A DNA stretch of 64,000 nt from an uncultured Planctomycetales bacterium. Lineage in GTDB: Bacteria; Omnitrophota; Gorgyraeia; Zapsychrales; Aceulaceae. How positions within the stretch are numbered: the first letter of the stretch is position 1; every line of letters starts with the position of its first letter. This document shows, in pieces, positions 10,676-18,141 of the stretch. Position numbers and translations under genes: made by a program. Location of the stretch: assembly GCA_964648665.1 (NCBI GenBank), contig CAZYOA010000002.1:3056-67055 (forward strand), given 5' to 3'. The notes below the pieces were generated by a model, which was given only the letters and a program-made list of their open reading frames with translations, was not told the DNA's origin and searched no databases.

Positions 10676-11689
10676 TTAAGAAATTCCTGTATTTTCTTTG
10701 AATCCACAAATAAGATTCATATTCTGAACAGCCTGACTTGAAGCGCCTTTCATTAAGTTGTCAATGGCGCTTGTAATAACAAGCATGTTATTTTTAACAG
10801 CAAGGCCAATGTCGCAATAATTTGTATTTGTGACATTCTTTGTTTCTGGTTGTTGCCCGGGCTTTAAAATGCGAACAAATTCTTCGGTTTTATAAAATTT
10901 TTGATAAAGTTTATAGACATCATTTATTGTTATCGATTTCTTAAGCTGAATATAAATTGTTTCTAAGATTCCGTAATTCATTGGAATTAAATGTGGAACG
11001 AATGTTATTTTAATATCTTTTTGTGCAAGCCGTGATAAATAAATGGAAATTTCAGGGGTATGTTGATGACATAGAACTTTGTAGGCTTTTAAGTTTTCAT
11101 TGGCTTCTGCATAGATAAGATTGATAGCGGTTTTTCGCCCTGCTCCTGAAACACTAGATTTTGCATCAATAATAATTGAATTAATTTTTTTGCCATGTAT
11201 GGCGACTAAAGGTGCAAGTGCTAAAATTGCTGCTGTTGGATAGCATCCTGGATTTGCAATAAAAGTTGATTTTTTAATTTCTTCACGATAAAGTTCGGGA
11301 AGCCCATAAACAGATTTTGGTAAATTCTTTTTATCTTTATGTGTGACTTTGTACCACTTTTTATAAGTTGCTGAATTCTTAATTCGATAATCAGCACTTA
11401 AATCAATAACCATTTTTTTGGCCTTGAGTAATCCTGGAGTGATTTCCATAGATTTTGTATGTGGGACAGCAACAAAGAAAAGATCGCAAAGACTTTTTGC
11501 TTTAGATAGATTAAACTTCTCACAGACTAGACGAGTTTTGCCTGCAAGCTCTGGATGAATATCAGAAATTTTACCTGTAGTTGTATTAGCGCTAGCATAA
11601 GTTACTCGTACTTCAGGGTGATTTAAAAGAATTTTTAAAAGTAACTTTCCCGAATAACCGCTGATACCAATAATTCCAACATTAAGCAT
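10676..11689 (-). CDS. argC: N-acetyl-gamma-glutamyl-phosphate reductase
   Basis: 337 aa with an N-terminal GISGYSG NAD(P) motif and catalytic Cys context ANPGCYPTA. First gene of the arg string. Confidence 0.9.
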   Translation of the reverse strand: MLNVGIIGISGYSGKLLLKILLNHPEVRVTYASANTTTGKISDIHPELAGKTRLVCEKFNLSKAKSLCDLFFVAVPHTKSMEITPGLLKAKKMVIDLSADYRIKNSATYKKWYKVTHKDKKNLPKSVYGLPELYREEIKKSTFIANPGCYPTAAILALAPLVAIHGKKINSIIIDAKSSVSGAGRKTAINLIYAEANENLKAYKVLCHQHTPEISIYLSRLAQKDIKITFVPHLIPMNYGILETIYIQLKKSITINDVYKLYQKFYKTEEFVRILKPGQQPETKNVTNTNYCDIGLAVKNNMLVITSAIDNLMKGASSQAVQNMNLICGFKENTGIS

Positions 11690-11739
11690 TTTTAGCTCCC
11701 GTTGATATATGTACTTTATAGAATGTTTTATAATAAAAG

Positions 11740-11790
11740 AAAAAGCCTATCTCGTCAACTTTTTTATCGAGGGAGATAGGCTTTTAAAAT
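11740..11790 (-). terminator. intrinsic terminator after rpsI
   Basis: A 10-bp perfect stem AGCCTATCTC (11744..11753) / GAGATAGGCT (11773..11782). In gene orientation it is followed by TTTTTCTTTT. The loop is rather long at 19 nt. Confidence 0.55.
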
Positions 11791-11811
11791 ACTGCTATAT
11801 TTTGATATGGA

Positions 11812-12207
11812 TTAACGTTTAACCCATTGAAATTTCTTTCGTGCCCCCTTTTGTCCAGGCTTTTGTCTTTCTTTAATTCTTGCGTCGCGTCTTAAGAAAA
11901 GTGCTTTTTTAAGAGCACCTTTTGTGCTCTCGTCACATAGCGTAAGTGCGCGAGATAAACCTAGTTTAATTGCATCTGCTTGACCGGCAATTCCTCCTCC
12001 GGAAACTTTTGCATTGATATCAAATTTATCAAGATTATTTGTGATCTCTAAAGGCGCTAATACAGTAATGCGATCTGTCTCGGAAGGAAAATAATCTTCG
12101 AATGAACGTTTATTAATTTTAATAGCTCCTGTCCCTGGAGCAATATTAACACGTGCAACGGCACTTTTTCGACGGCCTGTTGCCGCATATTTAACAACTT
12201 CAACCAT
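11812..12207 (-). CDS. rpsI: 30S ribosomal protein S9
   Basis: 131 aa with a basic C-terminus ending ...GARKKFQWVKR. Directly downstream of rplM, which is the conserved gene pair. Confidence 0.95.
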   Translation of the reverse strand: MVEVVKYAATGRRKSAVARVNIAPGTGAIKINKRSFEDYFPSETDRITVLAPLEITNNLDKFDINAKVSGGGIAGQADAIKLGLSRALTLCDESTKGALKKALFLRRDARIKERQKPGQKGARKKFQWVKR

Positions 12208-12212
12208 ATTAA

Positions 12213-12653
12213 TTAGACCTCCAAAGGTATAGGTTTTTGGGCAACGTGTGTATGTTTGTCCCCGACATAAATTTTAAGCTTTTTACCCATTTTTGATCCA
12301 AGAGCTCCTTTTGGGAGCATTCCTGTAATGGCATGTTTTAAAACAACCGTTGGCTTTTTAGCTAGCATATCTTTCATAAGAACGCTTTTTTGACCAGATG
12401 GATATCCAGAAAAACGGTGATATGTTTTTTTGTTAAGCTTTGTTCCCGTAACGCGAATTTTTTCTGCGTTAATGATAATAACCATATCTCCAGTGTCAAC
12501 ATGTGGAGTATAAATTGCTTTATGTTTACCTCGTAAAATTGATGCCACGCGAGATGCAACGCGCCCTAGAATTTTGTCTTTTGCATCAACAAGATAGCAT
12601 GCCCTTTCAATCTCAGTAGGCTTTGCCATAAATGTCTTTGTCTTTCGAATCAT
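12213..12653 (-). CDS. rplM: 50S ribosomal protein L13
   Basis: 146 aa with the [16 protein letters not shown]...LRGKHK motif characteristic of L13. Confidence 0.95.
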   Translation of the reverse strand: MIRKTKTFMAKPTEIERACYLVDAKDKILGRVASRVASILRGKHKAIYTPHVDTGDMVIIINAEKIRVTGTKLNKKTYHRFSGYPSGQKSVLMKDMLAKKPTVVLKHAITGMLPKGALGSKMGKKLKIYVGDKHTHVAQKPIPLEV

Positions 12654-12693
12654 AATTTCCTCAATTTAATTAGTTGTCGTACAATAGACCGAA

Positions 12694-12721
12694 AGTATAA
12701 CAGTTTTTAACAGAATGTCAA
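12694..12721 (-). promoter_or_regulatory. sigma70-type promoter of rplM-rpsI
   Basis: In gene orientation it reads TTGACA (12716..12721), a 16-nt spacer ending in TGT, then TATACT (12694..12699). This is a consensus -35 plus an extended -10, about 40 nt upstream of the rplM start. Confidence 0.6.
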
Positions 12722-12791
12722 CTGAAAAAGTTAGGTTTGCGTAGTTTAAGATGCACATAATTAATATAGGATTCTGATAAGGATAAGGAGC

Positions 12792-14234
12792 TTAGATCTT
12801 TATAGCTTGATTGGGCTCGATGAGCTCAGATTGACTAAATTGTTGATTTTGATCGTTTGTAGTTTTATCTAAGTCTAAAACACCTATAAAATTTGTTAAG
12901 GGGGTAATATTGATGATGATTGGTACAAAGCCATCAAAGGATGTAGGGTCGATATCTTGAAGATCCAACGGAATTGTAAATTCAATCTCTCCACCTATTG
13001 TCGTAATATTCATACTTTTTTCATTAAAATCAATACCGCCTTTTGTAAAGCTTGTTTTGTGGGATTGGATATTTGTAGTAATAATTTCATTTTCAGATCT
13101 TGATTTTATGGCGGATGATGAATTTGCGCTTAGAGAAGGAATCCAGAAAAATGTTTTATTCGAACGAATGCCTTTGATAGGAGTAAAGCGATCATTTTGC
13201 GCATGAAGGCTTTCTAGATGTGGGGCCTGATTATTTTTTGGATTGATTTGATTATTTAATGCAATGGTATTCATTAAAAAGATAAGCCATTTATCTGACA
13301 TTTTATTAATCAAATTAAATGCATTAGGATAGTTTTCGTAAAGTTTAATAATTAAATCTTTGTTGTTCATTAGAGTGTCGATATGTTCTTGTGTAAAATT
13401 TTCAGTCATTGCATCATAAACTTTTTGATCTTTAAGAAAAAGACGGAAAGCATTTAACTTGGCACGAACTTCACTGGGATCACTAAAATATTCAACGTGA
13501 GGATCGTTATAGTTGTCGTCGTAAATAGAGTGAAAAAGATAATTACTTGTTGATTCGAAAAGAAAATTTCCTGCTGCGTCCGAGGTATGCGACGCTTCCT
13601 CGACAAACGTTGATGGCGGTGCGTCTTCCCAGACTCCTGTAATCATAAGGCCGTTATCATGAAATCCTCTAACTTCTGCACTATCACTTTCTTTATAGCT
13701 TGAACTCTTTTTATAAAATTCTTGCAGAGAATCATATGGGAGGATTTTAAATTTAACGGCTTTATAATATTGCTTTCGCGCTGCATCAAGTTGTTCTGCC
13801 AATAATTCGACTTGTTCAACAGCCGCGCTGTCTCCAAGATAGAGGCGGGCTTCTTTTGTGAGTCGTTCAAAATATTTTGGTGAGTTCATGTAGGATTCAA
13901 AAAATTCTAATCCCTCGTTCTTTATGTTTTTTGTTTTCGTCGTATCTCCTGAGGTTTCATTGAATTTAGATTTAGAATCTTGATTCGCATATTGATCATT
14001 AAAATTAAATTTCTGATTTAAAATTTTAGATATTGGTAAAGAGTTTAAAAGATCGCGACTTTTCGCATTAACGTTTTGGATATTTAGAAATGCAAGAAAA
14101 AGAAAAGTTAAAAGTGAAGTTTTAAATATAGATTTCGATCTATGATGTTTTGAGGTTCTTATCATGCTGCTTGCGCTAGCAAAACTTTCTTTCGTTAATT
14201 CAAAATTACTTGAAGCGATATTGTTGGGGTTCAA
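12792..14234 (-). CDS. downstream (C-terminal) half of split giant paralog A; carries the family tail module
   Basis: The track ORF starts at a TTG. The same frame is stop-free for a further 144 codons up to 14666 with no ATG or GTG. The first ATG (14163..14165) precedes a signal-peptide-like segment MIRTSKHHRSKSIFKTSLLTFLFLAFLNIQNVNA|KS. The C-terminus carries GGIDFNEKSMNITTIGGEIEFTIPLDLQDIDPTSFDGFVPIIINITP (12870..13040), shared with the two other giants. Confidence 0.8.
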   Translation of the reverse strand: MNPNNIASSNFELTKESFASASSMIRTSKHHRSKSIFKTSLLTFLFLAFLNIQNVNAKSRDLLNSLPISKILNQKFNFNDQYANQDSKSKFNETSGDTTKTKNIKNEGLEFFESYMNSPKYFERLTKEARLYLGDSAAVEQVELLAEQLDAARKQYYKAVKFKILPYDSLQEFYKKSSSYKESDSAEVRGFHDNGLMITGVWEDAPPSTFVEEASHTSDAAGNFLFESTSNYLFHSIYDDNYNDPHVEYFSDPSEVRAKLNAFRLFLKDQKVYDAMTENFTQEHIDTLMNNKDLIIKLYENYPNAFNLINKMSDKWLIFLMNTIALNNQINPKNNQAPHLESLHAQNDRFTPIKGIRSNKTFFWIPSLSANSSSAIKSRSENEIITTNIQSHKTSFTKGGIDFNEKSMNITTIGGEIEFTIPLDLQDIDPTSFDGFVPIIINITPLTNFIGVLDLDKTTNDQNQQFSQSELIEPNQAIKI

Positions 14235-14635
14235 GAAGAAAGTGTTTTTGTATCCAACGCCAAGTAGACCTTCATTAGCAAGGAGATTTTCAAGTTCTGA
14301 ATTTAATACACCCTGGTTAAAGAAATCGTATTTTTGATTTTGCGAAGGGTCTGCGGAGGATTGATAGGTGTCAACTTTCTTTGAATCTAGTTCATATAAA
14401 ACATCTATGACTTTTGAATTCTCAAAAATTAATTTTAGATGTTCAAAATTATATTTTGGGGTAAAAATCCCATCTCGTTTTGTTTGTGGAAAAGCTTTTC
14501 TTGTGGCATTTCCGATACTATTTTTATTCTTTTTGCCCCTGTTTCCCGTGCCACATGACCAATAAATAACTCCACCATTTTTCTTAAGTACATTTTTTGA
14601 TTTTGATTTTGGATAATTAATAAGATATTGTGCGT

Positions 14636-17600
14636 CTAGAGTTCGAGGGGAAACTTTTTTTCTTTTTTATTTTCTTTTGGCACGCCAAAACTAGGCAATA
14701 ATTCAGATAAATCAACACCATCGGCACCATCAAGATAACCGAGATCTCCAGTCTTAAGGTCGAAAGTGTTATTGTTAAAAGAATCGCCGAGTATAACCGC
14801 GCTCCCGCTATCGCCGCCATGTCCTGCAATATTTAAATAATCAGTTGGAATCGTATTTTCAAGAATCCAATTAAATTCTTTTAGTCCTGAAGCCTCATAA
14901 TATAAAACTTGATATCCTCGCTTATCAAAATCTAAAATTGCATCTTCAACACTGTAGTGATTTTTGCTCTTAGAAAAATGAGGACCATCGCTTCTGCCAA
15001 TAATGAAAGTTGCTGTAGGGTGATTTTGATTTGGATTTTTTCTATTTTTGAGAATGATTTTAAGTGCTTCGGTAGAAAAGCGACTTGGAATAAGGATGCT
15101 GTGTTGTGCGAGTTCATAAATAAGCTTTAAGTCTTTAGGTGTCGATTGTTGAATGCCGCCCAAATTATCAATTGTTCTTTCTAGCTTTTTAACAGGAAGG
15201 TGATTTGTATTTTCTAAAAGAAGATTTGTTGCTTGCTTGTTTCCCGTTAAGGCAAGGCCGACAAGTTTTTGTAGAGCTGGTTCATTTACCTTTAAAGTTC
15301 CATCTTCGTTTTCGCTGTAGTGGTCAAAAACCATGCTTGCAAGAATAGCAATGTTTTTGGGGATCGGATTCTCAAAATAGAAATCTAGATTAAGATTCTG
15401 AAACTTATCAATAATTTTAAGTCTTGAAATAAATGAGTCATTTGTTGCAAGAACATCAAATGCTTCAATGTTGCCACTTTCTACTTCTGAAAAGAGCCAA
15501 TCTGCAAAATTTAGCAATATTTCTTGATTTTCTTCGTTGTTTTCAGAACCAAAAGAAAGAACATTAAGATTCCAGTCGATGAGGCTAAGATTGTTTTTGT
15601 ATTGTTCGATGATAGACTCAAGATCAAGATCATTAAAAACTTTTTCAGCTTTTTCAATATAGTAAGTATCAGCTAATAAATCTAGTGTTCGTATAGATTC
15701 CGGGTCCCCTTGGTTGCATTTCTGTTCAAGAAGCGAGTAATCCATTTCTTCAAATTTTTCTTTAAGGCTTTTATCTTGTCTAAAGCCTTCTCCTATAGTG
15801 CCATACGAGAAGATAAGAAGATTAAATATAGTATTATAGTTTCCTTGTTGGGCTGCCTTAATGTATAAATCGTGTGAATCATGAAAGTTTTTCTCAAGAT
15901 CTTCTATTGCTTTCTTAGCTTTCGGGTTCCAGGCCTCTAGGTCTCCCAAAGCGTTTAAGGCTGTGGGATCACCACTCTGAGCCTTTTGAATAATTATCGA
16001 TAAATCTAAGTTTCTAAGAAGTTTCATGTGAAGTTGAGCAGACCTTCCAAAAGTACCTTGTGGTCCCAAGGCGATGCATGCGGCAAAGATGACATCGTCT
16101 AGAGCTTTAACGCTTTCAATGTCTCCTTGTTCAATGCTATTTTGAAAGTATTCGTATCCTCCCTTTTGCATCCAATCTAGGAAATCTTCTGACAATTCAA
16201 GTTTCCATTTTTCTGATCCTTCAGCAATCAATTTTCGAGCAGCAATAATTGGCGCATAGGGGTTATTTTGAGTAACTTGATCCATAATGTCTTGATTGTC
16301 CATTTGCCTGATAGTTTCTTTTTCGGCAGAGCCTTCAGTGCTAACAATTCCTGTTAAATCTTCATACGCTTGTGCGTTGTGTTGTGACTTCATGTATTTA
16401 TTAGAAAATTTTACATCAAAGCCATTGCTTGAGATATGATCGTAGCTAAATTTATCAAAAGTCTTTTTTGAGACACTGTATCTATGGCCATCGATTTTTA
16501 TTGAATAATCATCGGCTCCGATGCTGTATCTACCACTGCTAAACATTCTGCTAGGAGAAGCGTTTTCTTTCCGTTTAGAATATTTATACTGATTCCATGT
16601 TTTAGATCGATGTACATATTTATTTTTTCGATTTGTAAGTTTTTTACTTATATATTCGTCTTCTAGCGTATAAAAATCATTGGCTTGGACATCGACTGTT
16701 TTATCTCCAATAGTGATTGTGTATTTCCATTCTTTAGTTGTTGCGTTATTTTGAGGGCCTTGAGAGAAATCAATTATTTCGCTAGATGTGAGGATATTTT
16801 CTAGTATATTTTCTATTTGAGATTTTTGTGATGAACTATTTCTTGCTTGCTCAGACTTAATGGGATCAATCTGACCATTCTGGTATGCTTGGGCTATAGC
16901 GCTTCCTGAAAATGTTAGCGCAATTGAAACAAGTGTGATGGCTGTTGCTTTTTTAAATTTCTTAATAATGGAGCTTGCGCTTTTTCTCCCCTTCGTACTG
17001 TTTGGTTTTATAATTTCAACATTTTTTGCACTGAAATTTCCAATAAGACCTCCAGAGAAATATCTGCGTTTGACATTTTTCTGTAAATAGGGGTCATATT
17101 CCTTCCGAACATAATTACAGACACCTTTATCCATAGCTGTAATGTATTGATCATAAATTTTATTTGAAATATCATCAACATCAATACCTTTAATTTTTTG
17201 TTTATCAGAATAAATTTTATTAATTATGAAATCTTTGAGATTATTCTTAAACCAATAAGCTAAAACTAAGGAATTGTAGATTTGACGAAGTTTGGCAAAA
17301 TTCTTTCCATAGTTGATTTCTTTGGTGAGTTCAGGAATAATAATTTCTCGAACAATTTCAGAAGCTAGTTTATTTTCAGTTTTTCCTTCAAAGTCTTCAT
17401 CCTCCATCAACGCCAAGTAATCTTGCTCGAGCATGACTTTAAGTTCACTTTTAACAATGAAAGCCTTGTTGCCTTGAACATAAATTTCAGCTTTTTGTGG
17501 CATAATCCAAACTTTATTAAATGTATCAATAGGGATATTTGTTGTCCCATACGTTTCGTATGCTTGTTTGTAGATTTTTTTCCAAAACTTTTTTCCAAGT

Positions 17601-18046
17601 TCATCTTCTGGGTAAATGAGCGATGCTGTAATTTGTTTTAATAAATAGTCTTGGGATAGCATGTCCGTTCCCATCTCTGTTTGAGCAAGAGCTTCTGGGA
17701 TCATACGATCCTTTTCGTATGGGGAAAGATTAACCCAGAGATTGTTTTCGGGGATGGTTAGGGCTGTTAAGAAGTATTTAATAAGTCTTTCGGATTCATT
17801 CTTTAGTTCGGAATCGGAAAGTTTTGTGTCTCCAGAGTTAACAATGAAATCAAGCTTAAGGGCATTCTCAGGATGAATTTTTATGCCTTGTATTACGACA
17901 GGGTTAGATGATTGGCTTGGTTTTATTATTGATCCAGGTTGCGGTAAGATTAGCGTATTTTGGGCATGAACATGATCTGTAAAGGTTGTCATGAGTAAAA
18001 AACATATGGCAAGGCATATGCGTATACATTTTGTTAATATATTCAT
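14636..18046 (-). CDS. giant paralog A, upstream half (1136 aa): signal peptide, family head module, Sel1-like repeats, first half of a caspase-like domain
   Basis: Signal peptide MNILTKCIRICLAICFLLMTTFTDHVHA|Q. Residues ~30-335 align with the N-termini of 25732..32403 and 32545..39009. The ORF ends 60 codons after an AGHGG motif. RBS GGGGAAAAGG lies before the ATG. Confidence 0.9.
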   Translation of the reverse strand: MNILTKCIRICLAICFLLMTTFTDHVHAQNTLILPQPGSIIKPSQSSNPVVIQGIKIHPENALKLDFIVNSGDTKLSDSELKNESERLIKYFLTALTIPENNLWVNLSPYEKDRMIPEALAQTEMGTDMLSQDYLLKQITASLIYPEDELGKKFWKKIYKQAYETYGTTNIPIDTFNKVWIMPQKAEIYVQGNKAFIVKSELKVMLEQDYLALMEDEDFEGKTENKLASEIVREIIIPELTKEINYGKNFAKLRQIYNSLVLAYWFKNNLKDFIINKIYSDKQKIKGIDVDDISNKIYDQYITAMDKGVCNYVRKEYDPYLQKNVKRRYFSGGLIGNFSAKNVEIIKPNSTKGRKSASSIIKKFKKATAITLVSIALTFSGSAIAQAYQNGQIDPIKSEQARNSSSQKSQIENILENILTSSEIIDFSQGPQNNATTKEWKYTITIGDKTVDVQANDFYTLEDEYISKKLTNRKNKYVHRSKTWNQYKYSKRKENASPSRMFSSGRYSIGADDYSIKIDGHRYSVSKKTFDKFSYDHISSNGFDVKFSNKYMKSQHNAQAYEDLTGIVSTEGSAEKETIRQMDNQDIMDQVTQNNPYAPIIAARKLIAEGSEKWKLELSEDFLDWMQKGGYEYFQNSIEQGDIESVKALDDVIFAACIALGPQGTFGRSAQLHMKLLRNLDLSIIIQKAQSGDPTALNALGDLEAWNPKAKKAIEDLEKNFHDSHDLYIKAAQQGNYNTIFNLLIFSYGTIGEGFRQDKSLKEKFEEMDYSLLEQKCNQGDPESIRTLDLLADTYYIEKAEKVFNDLDLESIIEQYKNNLSLIDWNLNVLSFGSENNEENQEILLNFADWLFSEVESGNIEAFDVLATNDSFISRLKIIDKFQNLNLDFYFENPIPKNIAILASMVFDHYSENEDGTLKVNEPALQKLVGLALTGNKQATNLLLENTNHLPVKKLERTIDNLGGIQQSTPKDLKLIYELAQHSILIPSRFSTEALKIILKNRKNPNQNHPTATFIIGRSDGPHFSKSKNHYSVEDAILDFDKRGYQVLYYEASGLKEFNWILENTIPTDYLNIAGHGGDSGSAVILGDSFNNNTFDLKTGDLGYLDGADGVDLSELLPSFGVPKENKKEKKFPLEL
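14654..14660 (-). other. candidate -1 recoding site, or homopolymer indel site, joining the two halves of giant paralog A
   Basis: In gene orientation the sequence is ...GAA AAT AAA AAA GAA AAA AAG TTT CCC CTC GAA CTC TAG. The heptamer A_AAA_AAG lies in the zero frame of the upstream ORF. A -1 slip, or one extra A in the A7 run, reads on as GTT TCC CCT..., which is exactly the frame of ORF 12792..14234. Confidence 0.5.
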
Positions 18047-18141
18047 CCTTTTCCCCGTGGCTTGTTAATAATATTTTAATAAGTATATATATTAAATATA
18101 TCACATAGAAATATTGTTGTAAGGGGGTTTTGGTCAATTAA

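Noticed and set aside
11690-11740. A possible ArgR (ARG box) operator upstream of argC, around TGTACTTTATAGAATGTTTTAT.
   Set aside because: Only about 10 of 18 positions are palindromic and the match to TNTGAATWWWWATTCANW is poor. I cannot distinguish it from AT-rich background.
14368-14829. Track ORFs 14368..14565 (+) and 14617..14829 (-) in the junction of split paralog A.
   Set aside because: They overlap the stop-free continuation frame and the 3' end of the 1136-aa ORF respectively, and they have no start context or motifs. The region is better explained by the frameshifted giant gene.
17904-18137. A 77-aa ORF spanning the start of paralog A.
   Set aside because: It is out of frame over the signal-peptide coding region and the promoter-proximal region, with no RBS. 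The ATG at 18044..18046 with a GGGGAAAAGG RBS explains the locus.
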